The notes beneath the pieces are model-generated. The model ran no database searches, had not been told where the DNA came from, and worked only from the letters and a program-made list of their open reading frames with translations. Below, one piece after another: positions 38,301-50,624 of a stretch of 64,000 bases of DNA. Origin of the DNA: Harriotta raleighana (taxonomy: Eukaryota); assembly GCA_050575255.1 (NCBI GenBank), contig JBNZDD010013703.1, positions 6,707,502-6,771,501 of the forward strand, written 5' to 3'. The translations under genes were made by a program, and so were the position numbers. Within the stretch, counting starts at the first letter, position 1. Each line of letters begins with the position of its first letter.

Positions 38301-38979
38301 GGCAAATAAACAATAAATAAGCAAATGAATAATCATGTTCATACATTCACACANTCAGCTGACCAAAAAGAAATCCCAACCTGGGCTGTTAAGAAATAAA
38401 CAATAAATAAGCAAATGAATAATCATGTTCATACATTCACACAAGCATTTTTATTGTTGCTCAACACACTATCAAACAACCCATGAGACCACACATATGT
38501 TTCTAAAAGGCTATTGGGAAGCAGTGCTGGAGATCATTTACTCTGTTGCCTTTGATTTGTATCATAGAGTGGATCAGAACAAACTGCAGCTGAAACCACC
38601 TCTACAAGGTGTTTTCATCAGTAGGGCTGATCCTAGATTTATGCTGCAGTTTTCTTCTTGAATCACTGAAAATAGTAGCAATTTATCACGAAGAGTAGTG
38701 CAGTATAATAAACGCAGCACAAGTCATATATTAAATAAAATGACAGCAGTAGCTTTGTACTGCAATATTTACCACCAAAAAAACTAAAACGCAATCTTCA
38801 AATACTTTACATTTGCTGACTCTTATCTCAGCTTTTCTCTATTTTGCCGTTCGCCTACAATCTTTTTCAATTCATACTATCTAATCCAATATGTCTCAAT
38901 TGCAACTACTAAAAGCAGTTTTTTTGAACCCGTTTTTCCCTTCTTCCTGGATGTCACTTAGCCCATCTGATCTCAGTGA

Positions 38980-39271
38980 CGTCATATAGCTCAGTGGTTT
39001 GAGCACTTACAAGCGAGAGACCCGGATTAAATTCCTGGTAGGGTGAAACCTTGGGCAAGATTTCTTACTCCACATGCCTAATAATAATTCCTCAAAAAAA
39101 ATTATTAATTTCAATCCATGACTGTTTGTGGGACACTGCTGTATGCAATTGATTGCCGCGTTTTGCCCACATATATACAGTCAATTGACTTTACGGTATA
39201 TTCTGTGAAGCGCTTTGAGACGTTCAGAAGATGTGAAAAGCGCTATATCAAATGCAAGGATTATTATTATA
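38980..39271 (+). mobile_element. SINE family A (short form)
   Basis: tagctcagtggtttgagcacttacaagcgagagacccgg...aagcgctatatcaaatgcaaggattattattat. Confidence 0.9.
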
Positions 39272-39274
39272 AGA

Positions 39275-39650
39275 TTAGAAGGTTGTGGTTTTAAATCCCA
39301 TGCGAGCCTTTGAAATCACCTAATTTTTTCTGACTCTCCAATTCCATGCTGAGCAAGCAGTGTGTTGTTGGAGGTGCTGACTGTCCAATGGAACGTTAAA
39401 ACTGAGGTCCAGTGTATCCAGGTGGACAATAAAAATTCCACATCACTACACAAAACGTGAAGGGAATTTCTCCCGGTGTCCTGCCTAACAATCTCCAAGA
39501 AAAAATTAGTAATTCAGTTTATGACTGTTTGTATGACATTGCTGTGTGCAAATTGGCCGCCACATCTGCCTACGAATACTTTACATAAATCCTCTGAAGC
39601 AGTACAAAGCATCCGTGAATGGTGCTTTATCAAATCAAGGATTATTGTTA
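39275..39650 (+). mobile_element. Old Deu-domain SINE
   Basis: gaaggttgtggttttaaatccc..ttggaggtgc..gttaaaactgagg..caggtggacaataaaaattcc..tctcccggtgtcctgcc..ttgctgtgtgcaaattggccgcc. Confidence 0.75.
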
Positions 39651-40229
39651 TTTTGTTTCCAGAATTTCAAATATCTTTTTGCCTTTGAGGCCATTTCTAA
39701 AATCAGCCCTGTATTGTGGTTCGACAATACGCCCTGTTCCAGTTGTTGATTCTTGAAGAAAGCAATACTTCCTGCTGTATATGGTATTACCCTTTACAAG
39801 CCTGAATTATCCAATATCTGCTTCACAAGTCATTTGGAGGGTGAGGCCATGTACAGTACTTTCAGCAACACAATGCCTTATTTTTCACAATATAAAGTAC
39901 AGACATATCACAAAGACAAGAAAATCCACTTATGGATAACCTGGGATACTTTTGGAGGGTAATCAGTACTCAGTCAAATCTCCAAAATAGCAGGATGCAG
40001 TTGCGTTCCATTAAATCCATGCTTTTTGTTTCTCCCCTACATGTAATGTTCCCAATATGGTTATTCAGATTTGAACTGGAGTAACCCCTCCAGTATTGAA
40101 TGCAAGGATCTGCAGTATATTCAATCATTATATAGTAGAAAGATTTCCTTGTGTCTTTCACATCTGATGAGATTTTAGAGCTATTTTCCTTTTAGTCGGG
40201 AATGTTGCAAACATGATGTTTTCTCCTCC

Positions 40230-41450
40230 AATAAACCATCCATTCTAATCCCAAAGCATATGTTTTGTGTAATTATTTTTTAAACCACCGATTGATTCTG
40301 TTTTAACAGCAACCAATGGAAAATCATTCTATACCCTGAAACCCTCTGGAAGAATTACTTCTTGTGAACCTCTCTTTTTACTCCCCCGGTCACAATCTTG
40401 ACTTCATGCCCTTCTGCTCAAAACCTCCACCAAAAGAAACCTCTATGATTAATTTGAATTTGCTTTTCATAATCTTAAACACTTCTATCATATCAACTCT
40501 TACTTAATAATAATCCTTGCATTTGAATTAGCACCTCAACAGATCATTCAGACATCTCAAAGCACGTCACAGAATATATTGTAAAGTGAATTGATTACGT
40601 ATTTTGTGGGCAAAAGATTGCACCCACTCCATTAGTTTGATTATCTAATATTGCTATCATGTGGTGTCCAACACTGAACACAGTTTTCCGGCTGCAATTT
40701 AACCAATGTCTAAAGCATTAACCATTACTTACCTAGTTTTACATTCAACAGTTCTCTATAAATCCAAGACTTCTGTTTGTCTTTTAACGGCTTTCTCTAT
40801 GTGGAATCTCACTTTTAACAAATTTGGTATTTGCACCCGCAGATCTCTGGGTTCTTACTTCTCATTGAGAATTCTACCACCCACAGTATATGTTCAATCC
40901 TTATTCTACTCTCAAATGCACCATTTCACATTTTTCTATATTGAATTTCAGTTTTTTTTTACAAATCTACCATTCCACTAGCATGTCATGGACTGCCTGT
41001 GGCATTCTGTACATTATCTCACTGTTAACAGACCTCTTAATTTAATATCATCCGAGGTTTGGATATCATTTTCTCAATTCTTCCATCCAAATCATTGATA
41101 TCTCTGGATATCCCTGGAGGCCAACAGATACTAACACTGATTTGTGAGCACAACACTAACTGCTTACTCTCTGCCAGAAATACATCCCTCAAATTATCAT
41201 TCTGTTGCCACCTGGCCTCCAACTGTTCATCTACCCCCATTCATCTATTCCATGCATTTTCATTTTAGCCACAAGTCTCTATGCAATACCTTATTGAATG
41301 ATTCCCGAAATACAAATAAACATCATGTACCCTTATCCAGAGTTTTAGTTAACCCTTCAAAGAATTGAACAAAATTAGACAGACATAATCTTCCCTTCAC
41401 AGAACGATGTTGGTGATCCATTGTGAATTTAATTTTTTGTAAATATTCCA
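40230..41450 (-). mobile_element. Old, heavily decayed CR1 ORF2 fragment interrupted by a SINE tail (40505-40615)
   Basis: Antisense CR1 motifs: ggtgtccaacactgaacacagtttt, ttgcacccgcagatctct, aatatcatccg, aaattagacagaca. Confidence 0.65.
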
Positions 41451-42074
41451 CAACAACATGTTAATCTAGGCCACTCACAAGGGCAAACTCGGCAATCCTA
41501 AACAGCTCGTTTATTTCATCCTGTCAGCAAACAGCAATGAAACAATAGATTAAAAACAGAAATAACAAGTAACACCTGTATAGTTTAATGCATACCATAA
41601 GATGTGAAATGAATATTGTGGAAACTAACTCTAATTTAATAAGAAACTTCAGATAGTGCTTCCTATTGTGAAAAGTTTATGTTAATTTTCAAATCTATTT
41701 ATTGATTGTTCAGTGAATTGTTAATGCTCTGCTCTAAATTGCCTTCTGTATGCAATACCATCTTTTAGACTAAGGTTTAGATATAAATTTATATAGTAAG
41801 CCTTATATTTGATATCGGCTTCATCACATCATTGAAATATCACAGGATTTACTGTGAAGTTTAGTAACTGTATTTTTAGGTGAATAGATTCAGCAAGGTG
41901 GACACGGCATTCTCCCACAAATAGTCATGAAATAAATGGTCAGTTTTAGAGAATCAACAACAAAATATACAGTCAATTCACTTTACAGTAAATTCTGTGA
42001 AGCACTTTGAGACATCTCAACAATGTAATAAGGTATTATATGAACTGTAAGGAATATTATTATCATAATAATAT

Positions 42075-42705
42075 CAGTTTAATGTCTTTGGCAATTCAGC
42101 ACACCCCCAGCATTGCATTGGAGTGTCAGCCTAGACTTCAACAGCACCAACAACAACAACTTTGATTTATATAGTGCCCTCCATGCCGGATGGTGTCTCA
42201 GAGCGCTTCACAATAGTGGATCCTGGGACCGAGCCAGGACAAGGGTAGAAAGGTGACCAAAGGCGCGGTCGAAGAGAAAGGTCTTCAGCTGGGACCTGAA
42301 GCTGGGGAAAGAAGATGAGGCAAAGGGAGTGAGGAAGGCAATACCAGAGCCTCAGGGCATAGTGACTGAAGGCACAGCCACTGAGGGGGGAGCGGAGGAT
42401 TCGGGGGACATGGAAGAGGCCAGACCCGGTGGAGCGAAGGCAAAGGGAGCTGGTTTGAGGAGAGAGGAGGTCAGAGAGATAGGGGGTGCAGAGGAGTGGA
42501 GGAATTTGAAGACAAGGGTGAGGATCTTGAAATTGATCCTCTCTGGGATAGGGAGCCAGCAGAGTCTGGCAAAGACTGGGGTTTGGGGAGCGAAGATTGG
42601 ATCCCTTTGGTGAGATCCCTTCATGAGTTCAAAGACATGATATGGACACTTGAACTCACAATCTTCAAATTCAGAGGCAGAAATGCTACCAACTGAGCCA
42701 GACTG
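42075..42705 (-). mobile_element. Deu-type SINE split by an L2 insertion
   Basis: Body at 42075-42140 (gcattggagtgtcagcctaga) and tRNA-like head at 42620-42705 (cttgaactcacaatcttc..cagaggcagaaatgctaccaactgagcca). Confidence 0.65.
42141..42610 (-). mobile_element. L2-clade 3' fragment (tail B), close paralog of 60525-60988
   Basis: PVFARLCWLPIPERINFKILTLVFK; tail caacaacaactttgatttatatagtgccctcc. Confidence 0.88.
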
Positions 42706-43240
42706 AGACCTATTTGGTTTCCCAACATAATTTCCCAACATTCCTACCAATGCACATTCTGTCATACTTGTTTATAATGATTTAATGTCTAATTTCCAAT
42801 AGTCTTGTGTTGAGTTTTCCTTTGGATGAGTTAACTCTCCATCACAAATGGTACATCACATGGAAAAATATCAGGCAAACTCCACAGTATCGATATGGTT
42901 GATAATATTGTCTAAATTAATTGATTCATTAATTATAGAACATAAAATATCCGGATGTATGAGAAGTGGATTCTCTGACACGAAGCTCCAATCCGTGTCC
43001 TGAAACTACTTATCTTCTGGCATGGATCACAGGTTTTAACTGCTGGTTAGCTTTACTCTGAGTTAATTTCCTCCAGGATAATTGCATCATAATCTTGATC
43101 TTGGAGTCAGTTTCAAAGTACATATGAAATGGTATCTCTGCAACCTGTTCAACAATGTTCTGAGATCTCAATTGCTCGTGTTAGAGACACATTGGTCTGT
43201 CATTATCTTCAATGCTCCTCCTCCTCCTCTTCCCTCTCCA

Positions 43241-43265
43241 ACAGACAGACAGACAGATAGACAGA
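43241..43265 (+). repeat. (ACAG)n microsatellite
   Basis: acagacagacagacagatagacag. Confidence 0.8.
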
Positions 43266-43569
43266 ATTGTAGAGACTGCTTGCCAAATTGTCTCCCACTC
43301 TTCACTGATTTCAATATCCAACATGGCCATCCACAATTTACATACTGTAAGATATGTTAAGATGAATTTTACACTATGCACAGAAAGAAAAGCTGAATAG
43401 AAAATATATAAATTACCTTATCTTCAGCATCCAGAGAAGTTGAAAAAACTCCAGAGATTGAGACCTGTCTAGAGATGTGTGGAGGAGCTTCGAGTGTTGG
43501 GAGAAATTATGGATGTGGACTGGGCAGAAAAAGTCAGAACTTTCCAGGGGGATTGCATGCTGTAGTGCA

Positions 43570-43762
43570 AACAACAATTTACATTTATATCACGTCCCTG
43601 ACACAGAGCAACTTCCCCGATTGCTTGACAATGGCAGTGCACAATGCTGAACCAGAAGAAGATGATTGGAGGGACGGTCAAAGAGGGAGGTCTTCAGGCA
43701 TGGCTGGTAGATGGGGAAGGAGCGGTCAAGAAGGAAAAATATTCCAGAGTTTTGGGGCATAG
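43570..43762 (-). mobile_element. L2 3' remnant
   Basis: aacaacaatttacatttatat...ggtcaaagagggaggtcttcagg..ttccagagttttggggcatag. Confidence 0.7.
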
Positions 43763-43990
43763 TAAGAACATAAGAACATAAGAATGAGGAGCAGGAGAAG
43801 GCCTTTCGGCCCTTCGAGTCTGCCATTCAATAAGATCATGGCTGATCTTCTGATCTAACTCTAATTAGCTGCCCTATCCCATTATCCCCTAATCCCTCTA
43901 TTTTAAAAAAAATCTATCAGTCTCAGCCTTAAAAATGTTCAAGGACTGAGCATCTACAGCCTTCTGGGGTAGTGAATTCCATAAATGTGA
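43763..43990 (-). mobile_element. CR1 3' end with (ATAAGAAC)n terminal repeat
   Basis: taagaacataagaacataagaatgaggagcaggagaaggcctttcggcccttcgagtctgccattcaataagatcatggctgatct. Confidence 0.85.
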
Positions 43991-44305
43991 TTAAAGTGCG
44001 ACCAACAATGCTGGAATGGAGGGCATGAGGGACAAGTAAAGTATCAAACACACTCATCCTCCATGATACAATACAAACATGAAAGACTCCAACTGTGTCA
44101 AGAATGTAAAATTCATTCAAATCCAGCTTCCATTGATGGATATCAACATCTCTTAACTTGCCTATTTTATAAGACTATAACTGGAGGGCACAGATGTAAG
44201 ATAGCTCATAGTACATCTGAGAGAGGGTTTAGGATAAACATGTTGAGAACGTGGTTGCAGCAAATAACAGAATGCATTTAAAAGACAACGACAGAATTAC
44301 ATTTA

Positions 44306-44969
44306 TAGTTAACCCTCGTCAAACGTGACTTTATCGATTGCAAATTCAAGTATACGTGACGAAACAAAAGCATCACATTTTTATGCAGCGCGAGTAAAAC
44401 TTGTGTATATGTACTGGCTGATCCCTGCGTGCATGCGCACGTGTGAGGACGCTGTCTGCTCCCGACTAAATCTGATGATTCCTCGGCTGGCTGGCTCCGT
44501 GCGCAATGCATTCTTGGATAAGTTTTTCATAACAGAAGAGACAGCGAGAAAGAATAGTCATGTAGTCTAGCTGTTGTTTTATTGCTTTATAGCCTTCTTT
44601 TTATTGCTTTACTGCTATAAAGCGATAACGAAGCAGTAAAGCAATAAAAAACTTTACTTTTTAAGTAAACCCGAGGCTCTCTGCTCCCCCCAGCTGCCCT
44701 CGAATGGCTCTCTGCTCTCCCCCCCGCCCTCAAGCGGCTCTCTGCTCCCACCTCGCCCCCGAGTGGCTCTCTGCTCTCCCCAACCCCGGAGCGGCTCTCT
44801 GCTCTCCACCCCCCAACCACAAGTGGCTCTCTGTGGCTTGAGGTAGGTAGCCTGCAACTGGATTCCCCTAAACCCCCCTATCCCATCACTTGTTAAGCTT
44901 ACCCAACGTGATTTTATCAAGTGCGTAGTTTTCCAGGAACGTAACACCGTGATCGACAAGGGTTAACTA
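44306..44969. mobile_element. Non-autonomous Tigger-like DNA transposon, about 664 bp, with internal minisatellite
   Basis: TIRs TAGTTAACCCTCGTC.. / ..GACAAGGGTTAACTA, TA flanks (44304-44305, 44970-44971), CpG-rich interior, splits an L2 tail. Confidence 0.85.
44672..44835 (+). repeat. Minisatellite, about 28-31 bp unit x6
   Basis: Core GGCTCTCTG(CTC) followed by C-rich spacers, six times. Confidence 0.9.
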
Positions 44970-46459
44970 TATATACTGTAGTGCCTTTCACGTCAGGAGG
45001 ACGTCCCAAAGCACTGAAACTTGAAACATACAGGAGGAAGAAGGGGATAGAGGGTTAAGGGAAAGAGGAGTGGGAGGTGTGGGGCTCATGTTAAGCATAT
45101 ACACCAGCATGAACTAGTTGGGTCAAATGGCCTGTTTTGTTTTATATCACTCCATTTAACTCTGCACTAGTAACTGGCTCATATAATATGGCCTGACATC
45201 ACCATATTATTTTACTTTACTAGAAAACTCTCCTTGCTAAATTGGTGAACAGTATGAACAGCAGGGAACACGCAATAGGCCCCTATGGGGCAAAACACTG
45301 GGCAAAGCCTTTTTCATTCAACATCACCTGCTTTCTAATGCCAAGATGAGACAAGTTTCTATCCAGCTGGTTAATTTATCATTAATTCCATTTCACATAC
45401 ATAACAATCACAAACACAAAATCATTATTTACCACAGAACAAACAGCTGTTCTGGTTAAAGAGAAAATATGGCTTCTTGGACTCTCCCCTGCCTGGAAAA
45501 AATAGCTCAGGCCAGTCATTTGGTATTTTTCTCCCCCTAGGAGTTTGCAGTCATGTTGTTTTCCCATGTTAACTCCATTACCATAAGGTCTCCTTCCACT
45601 GTGAGCAGCCACTTGAGGTCTGACCAGCCTTTTCGTTGTCAGCCAATTGCAGCATATGCCAAGGGAAATGTAGATACTCTCACATCTTTCCTTTGCATGT
45701 TTGGCCAGGACGCAATACCTCTTTTCCCAATATAATCTGAAAATAAATGCTAGTCTTGCGGACTGCATTTCTTTCTCTTTGTTGCTTTCTGCATTGTGGC
45801 ATTTGATATAAAGAACAATGTTTCCGCTGTGTTGAATCCAGTTAGTCCTTTCAGTGATACAAAGGCAAGAAAAACAGCAACAAAATGAGAGTCATTCCAG
45901 TCGGCATTCCTGAAGCACATCACTAAGAATGATTCATGGTGTTATTAGTGTAGTGACAGTTTCATTACAAACCATTTATTTAATTATCAATATTGTGTCC
46001 CTATTTGTAAAGAAAGCCATATGTTGTATTGACTGCACCTGCGAGTGAAGTTATTAGTGTTATTGGGACACCATTTCAATGCATAAAATGGAGCTCTGTG
46101 CAAGGCATCTGACATCTTATAAACAGACACTAATATTTTAGTGAGTACCCAGGTTTATTAAAGACATGCTCCAAGGAAGGGGAAAGTCAGTGTGAATTTC
46201 TCCTCCCAAGGAATATCCAGTGGAATGTACTGTGCATAGTTAACTGGTGAGGGCAAGAACCAGCTCTGCGGCGATATTGTTTACTCTGCCCTCCTCTCCC
46301 TGGCTGCAATGCTGATTCACACTCTCACACTCATTGGAAGGAGTTTTGGAAAATGAACACTGCCTTTGTTTCTTTCTTGTACTTTTGTTGTCAAGGTCAA
46401 AACAACAGAGTGCTGGCATGTGAACTTGTAAATAAGCAACATACCTCTGAGTATAAGGC

Positions 46460-46595
46460 AAATTCCTGCAGATGCTGGAAATCTGAAATAAAAACAGAAG
46501 TTACACACATACTCAGTAGGTCAGGCAGCATCTATGGAGAGAAAGAAGAAAGTGAGTTAACCTTTCAGGTTGATGTCCTTCATCACAACTGTGTT
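46460..46595 (-). mobile_element. Penelope-like terminal remnant with decayed hammerhead motif
   Basis: Reverse complement: cagtt-GTGATGA-AGG-acatcaa-CCT-GAAA-ggtt-aact...ccatagatgctgcctgacctactgag..ttctgtttttatttcagatttccagcatctgcag. Homologous to 24776-24880. Confidence 0.75.
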
Positions 46596-46675
46596 TTATA
46601 CCTCTGAACAGTCTTGTCCTGTCACTCTATTTCTCTTGATATACAAATGTAATTTTGTTGTTGTTGTTTTTGATT

Positions 46676-47126
46676 TGTTAGGGAAAAACGATTTTTAAGA
46701 CATTTTATTCCTTATTAGAACTGATTAAACACAAGGGAGAACTAAGGATAACAATAGATAAGAGTTGTCCTTGACTGGCCAGACAATTGGAGACTGGCCA
46801 ATAAAACATTAAACAGGCGGGAAAAAAGTGCTGGCTCGGCAATGTTCTTTGTTTGACTGAATGCGTAATGTATGTACGTGCATTGGTTAAAAATGGATAA
46901 GACGTTATCTTCCTGCGTTAGCAGAAGATGTATAAATTGTAGCCATACGTTGGGCTCGGTCTGAGTCTGACTAGAGACCTGACCCTATCTGTATGTGAGT
47001 TTAACTTGACTTACTTACTTATAGACCGAGTTAATAAAACTTACTTATTCAAACTCTTGGTATTTTCTGGGTTTCTTTGCATATTTTAATTCCAATTCCA
47101 CATAGGTATTCGCAATTTACCTAAAA
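46676..47126 (+). mobile_element. Probable solo LTR (about 450 bp)
   Basis: Starts TGTTAGGGAAA and ends TTTACCTAAAA (9/11 inverted match). CCAAT 46798, ATTGG 46882, TATAAA 46931-46936 and AATAAA 47033-47038 lie in U3-R-U5 order. TSD not clear. Confidence 0.62.
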
Positions 47127-47147
47127 GTCTCATCATCCTCCCTCAAT

Positions 47148-47503
47148 GAATAATAATCCTTGCATTTGATAAAGTGCTTTTTCATGTCCTCTAGATTCCT
47201 CAAAGCGTTTCACAGAAAATATTGTAAAGTTAATTCTGACTGAATCATTTGTGGGGGAATCGTGGCAGCCGATTGCGCACAGGAGTTTTCCCACAAACAG
47301 TTGAGTGACCAATTTATTATTTTTTAAGATAATATTACACCTGGAACACAATCCACCAATCGACTTATAACTGGGTTCCTACTTACTGCTAGGAAAACAG
47401 AGGCATGTGGAGAAGGAAACTTGCCCATCTTTTTAACCTGCTGGGAATCAACCCAGGTCTCTTGCTTGCAAGGCGAGTGCTCTAACCACTGAGCTACAGG
47501 ACC
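47148..47503 (-). mobile_element. SINE family A (long form), full length
   Basis: Tail at 47148; ttcctacttactgctaggaaaacagaggc; head gcttgcaaggcgagtgctctaaccactgagctacagga. Confidence 0.88.
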
Positions 47504-48224
47504 ACTAATAAACCCAAAGTAGTATTCTATGGCTGTGTTTGAGTAAGGGTGTTATGGGATCTGACTGCTGCTCAAATGCTGGCATTACTGTGCCACCACG
47601 TACAATGTAACAGCATGGGATCCACTAGCTATGTGCAATGCACAAGTCCATCAGGCAGGCTTCAAAAATATCTCTGTTCTACCAATCTTTCTGCTTGAGA
47701 TTATTTTTCTTGGCAAAGATAATTCTGAACTGCCGTTAACCAGGTGACTAAATGGAGACCTCCATGAATTTTAACTTTTGGTTTCCAGCTGAATTTTCTT
47801 TCATGAGTAACCAAATTCTGCTCATTCTTAACACACTCATGCCTTTGCTCGGGGGATAAAATTGTTAAACCAGATGTTGTTTAGCTCTTTTTCTCACTTT
47901 GTTGTTGGTCACATGTTGTATCCAGTGAATTACGAGAACACTGCTCAAGCATCTGCTCTTCACAAGCATCCAAGTCTGCTTCCTAACATAGGATTGCAGC
48001 ATGCTGCTACCATGCTGTCCTTATTTTTGTTGCAACCCTAATGGTCTTATTTCGGCACGCACCACGGAATTGAATAGAGTGCAGCAGAGTCACTGGGATA
48101 GCACTAAGTTAGATTTCAACTGTTTTTGTTGTAGTTGACTACATTGGGAAGTGATCTTTTAGAAGTTTTCAAAATGTAAATGCTTTTTAACAGGGTAAAT
48201 AGATTATTTCTTCTTCTCTGCGAT

Positions 48225-48530
48225 TCACTAAACGGGCATGCATTGAGGATTATATCTAGAGGAGAAAGGGGAGTGGAGTTTACGTTTTTTTATATAACCA
48301 GAAAGTGGTTGGATCAGGGAGTGCCTGACTACAAAAGGCAATTGAAGCCAAGAACGCAACACATTTAAAAGAGGTTTGGATAACTACTTGAGGAAAATAA
48401 TATTGAAAGTTTTGGGGAAAGACCAAAGGACATTGTTTAGAGTATATGGCTCCAGTGGGGCAGATAAGACTATCACAGGCATGATGGGTTGAATGGTCTT
48501 CTATCTTGTAAACACTCTTGATCTTGTTAC
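48225..48530 (+). mobile_element. Old CR1 3' fragment
   Basis: actaaacgggcatgcattgagg..acatttaaaagaggtttggataactacttgagg..acaggcatgatgggttgaatggtct. Confidence 0.65.
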
Positions 48531-49469
48531 ATGTCGTAATGTTTTTCTGTTTATTATAAAGAGTGATTTAATTGTTATGAAAAGTTGAGAACAATCACTT
48601 AAATGGCTAAAAATAATGTTTACTTACATCAGTTTCATGAATAAAGTTGCATTATTAAATTAGAAAATGGTTAAAAATGAGAGTTAAAAATGATACCGTC
48701 CCTGTTTACAGGGTACTTACTAGAATTGATAGTTGCTGTGACAGATTTCCTTTATACCTGTGGCAATATCCAACATTTCATATATGATCTTCAAGAATAC
48801 CCTCTGGGACATTTCAACTGGTGCCTGCAATCATTAGATTAGATAAGGAACGAGGAATATGTTTTCATTTTGTCAACAGTTAGAGTGTGGGTATGCTTGT
48901 TAANATGAATAAAGCTGCATTATTAAATTAGAAAATGGTTAAAAATGAGAGTTAAAAATGATACCGTCCCTGTTTACAGGGTACTTACTAGAATTGATAG
49001 TTGCTGTGACAGATTTCCTTTATACCTGTGGCAATATCCAACATTTCATATATGATCTTCAAGAATACCCTCTGGGACATTTCAACTGGTGCCTGCAATC
49101 ATTAGATTAGATAAGGAACGAGGAATATGTTTTCATTTTGTCAACAGTTAGAGTGTGGGTATGCTTGTTAAAGGAAAAAAGATCAGTAAATCCCAAATTG
49201 GTGGACAATAATTCTGTTGATAGACATATAACTGAAACATTTAAATCGTTAACTTCACTTTGCTCATTGACGAGAGAGAACACATCTTTACAGGAAGGAG
49301 GCGAAANGAATCCCCAAATCCCAAATATGGTTGGTGGACAATAATTCTGTTGATAGACATATAACTGAAGCATTTAAATCGTTAACTTCACTTTGCTCAT
49401 TGACGAGAGAGAACACATCTTTTCAGGAAGGAGGCGAAACTTTGAAGCTCAATCACACACAATGTGGCT

Positions 49470-50260
49470 AAACTTGTCCTCTCCTGCAGTAGGCTCCCTC
49501 ACCCATTCCACTGGCTTCACATCACACAGAGGATCCTGGTCCCCACCTTCAAAGCCCTCCATGGCCTTGATCCTCCCCCTAACTCTGCNTCTCTCCTGCA
49601 GTAGGCTCCGTGACCATATTAACCGCACCCTCACCCATTCCACTGGCTTCATATGACACAGAGGATCCTAGTCCCCACCTTCAAAGCCCTCCATGGCCTT
49701 GATCCTCCCCCTAACTCTGCGACCTTCTAACCCTCTTTCAACTTCCCTGCTACCTTCTCTTGGGGGTGTCCGGCCTGATTTATGTCCCCTGCCTCGCTCA
49801 CCCCGTCATTGGTGGGCAGATCTTCAGCCACTGCCACCACCCTCTGGATTTCCATCCAACAGTTCTTCCGCCNCCTAACCCTCTTTCAACTTCCCTGTTA
49901 CCTTCTCTTGGGGGTGTCCAGCCTGCTTTATGTCCCCTGCCTCGCTCACCCCGTCATTCAGCCACTGCCACCACCCTCTGGATTTCCATCCAACAGTTCT
50001 TCCGCCTCAACCGATTCCTTGCTCACTTCAAGACCCACCTCAAGGCTTCATGCCCAGGTATCTCCCTAACTATCCAATCTGCTCATACTCCGCTCCCTTC
50101 GCTCTGAGGGGCTTGTTTGTCAATTTAAAAATAATATTCCCTTCCACATGAGAAAAAAAATGGCATGGCTATTGTAAAACTATTCAGTAACTACATTCGG
50201 TTTCAGTGGAAGTCCTCCCGACGTGAAAAGCGCTTTATAAATGTAATTTTGTTGTTGTTA
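49470..50260 (+). mobile_element. L2 3' fragment inflated by N-flanked duplications
   Basis: caccctcacccattccactggcttc..cattggtgggcagatcttcagccactg..ttcaagacccacct; tail at about 50210-50258. N at 49589 and 49873. Confidence 0.78.
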
Positions 50261-50624
50261 ATGTCAAAAGAGCCTGAAGAAATTTGATTTCAAAGTTGCC
50301 ACTGTGGTCTGTAAAGGGTTAACGGAGTTACTGGAAATCATATGTCAACTGGCAATGGATCAATCAAGCAGGCATAACATATTAAAAGGATTATAGATTA
50401 GTAATTAAATGAGCTCTTCCAGGGCAGAAAATTTCCACCAGCACTTCTAAAGGTTAACAGGGATGGAAAGTCAATTTTCAAGTACAGGATATGGTCTAGT
50501 GTTGGGTGGAAAGTAAGAGGATATCCAATATGATTACAGCTCCACTGTAAATCCAGCAATTGCAGATTTTTTTCAGAAAGGATGAAAAGTTATATATCAC
50601 AAAAATCAAGCTGGCAAAGATGTG

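Noticed and set aside
44672-44835. Repeat-spacer-like array that could be mistaken for CRISPR; ORFs 44587 and 44654
   Set aside because: Spacers are similar C-rich variants, the context is eukaryotic and there are no cas genes. It is a minisatellite, and the ORFs merely translate it.
48637-49990. Apparent cluster of 100-270 bp tandem duplications
   Set aside because: Each junction coincides with a single N, so an assembly artefact is far more likely.
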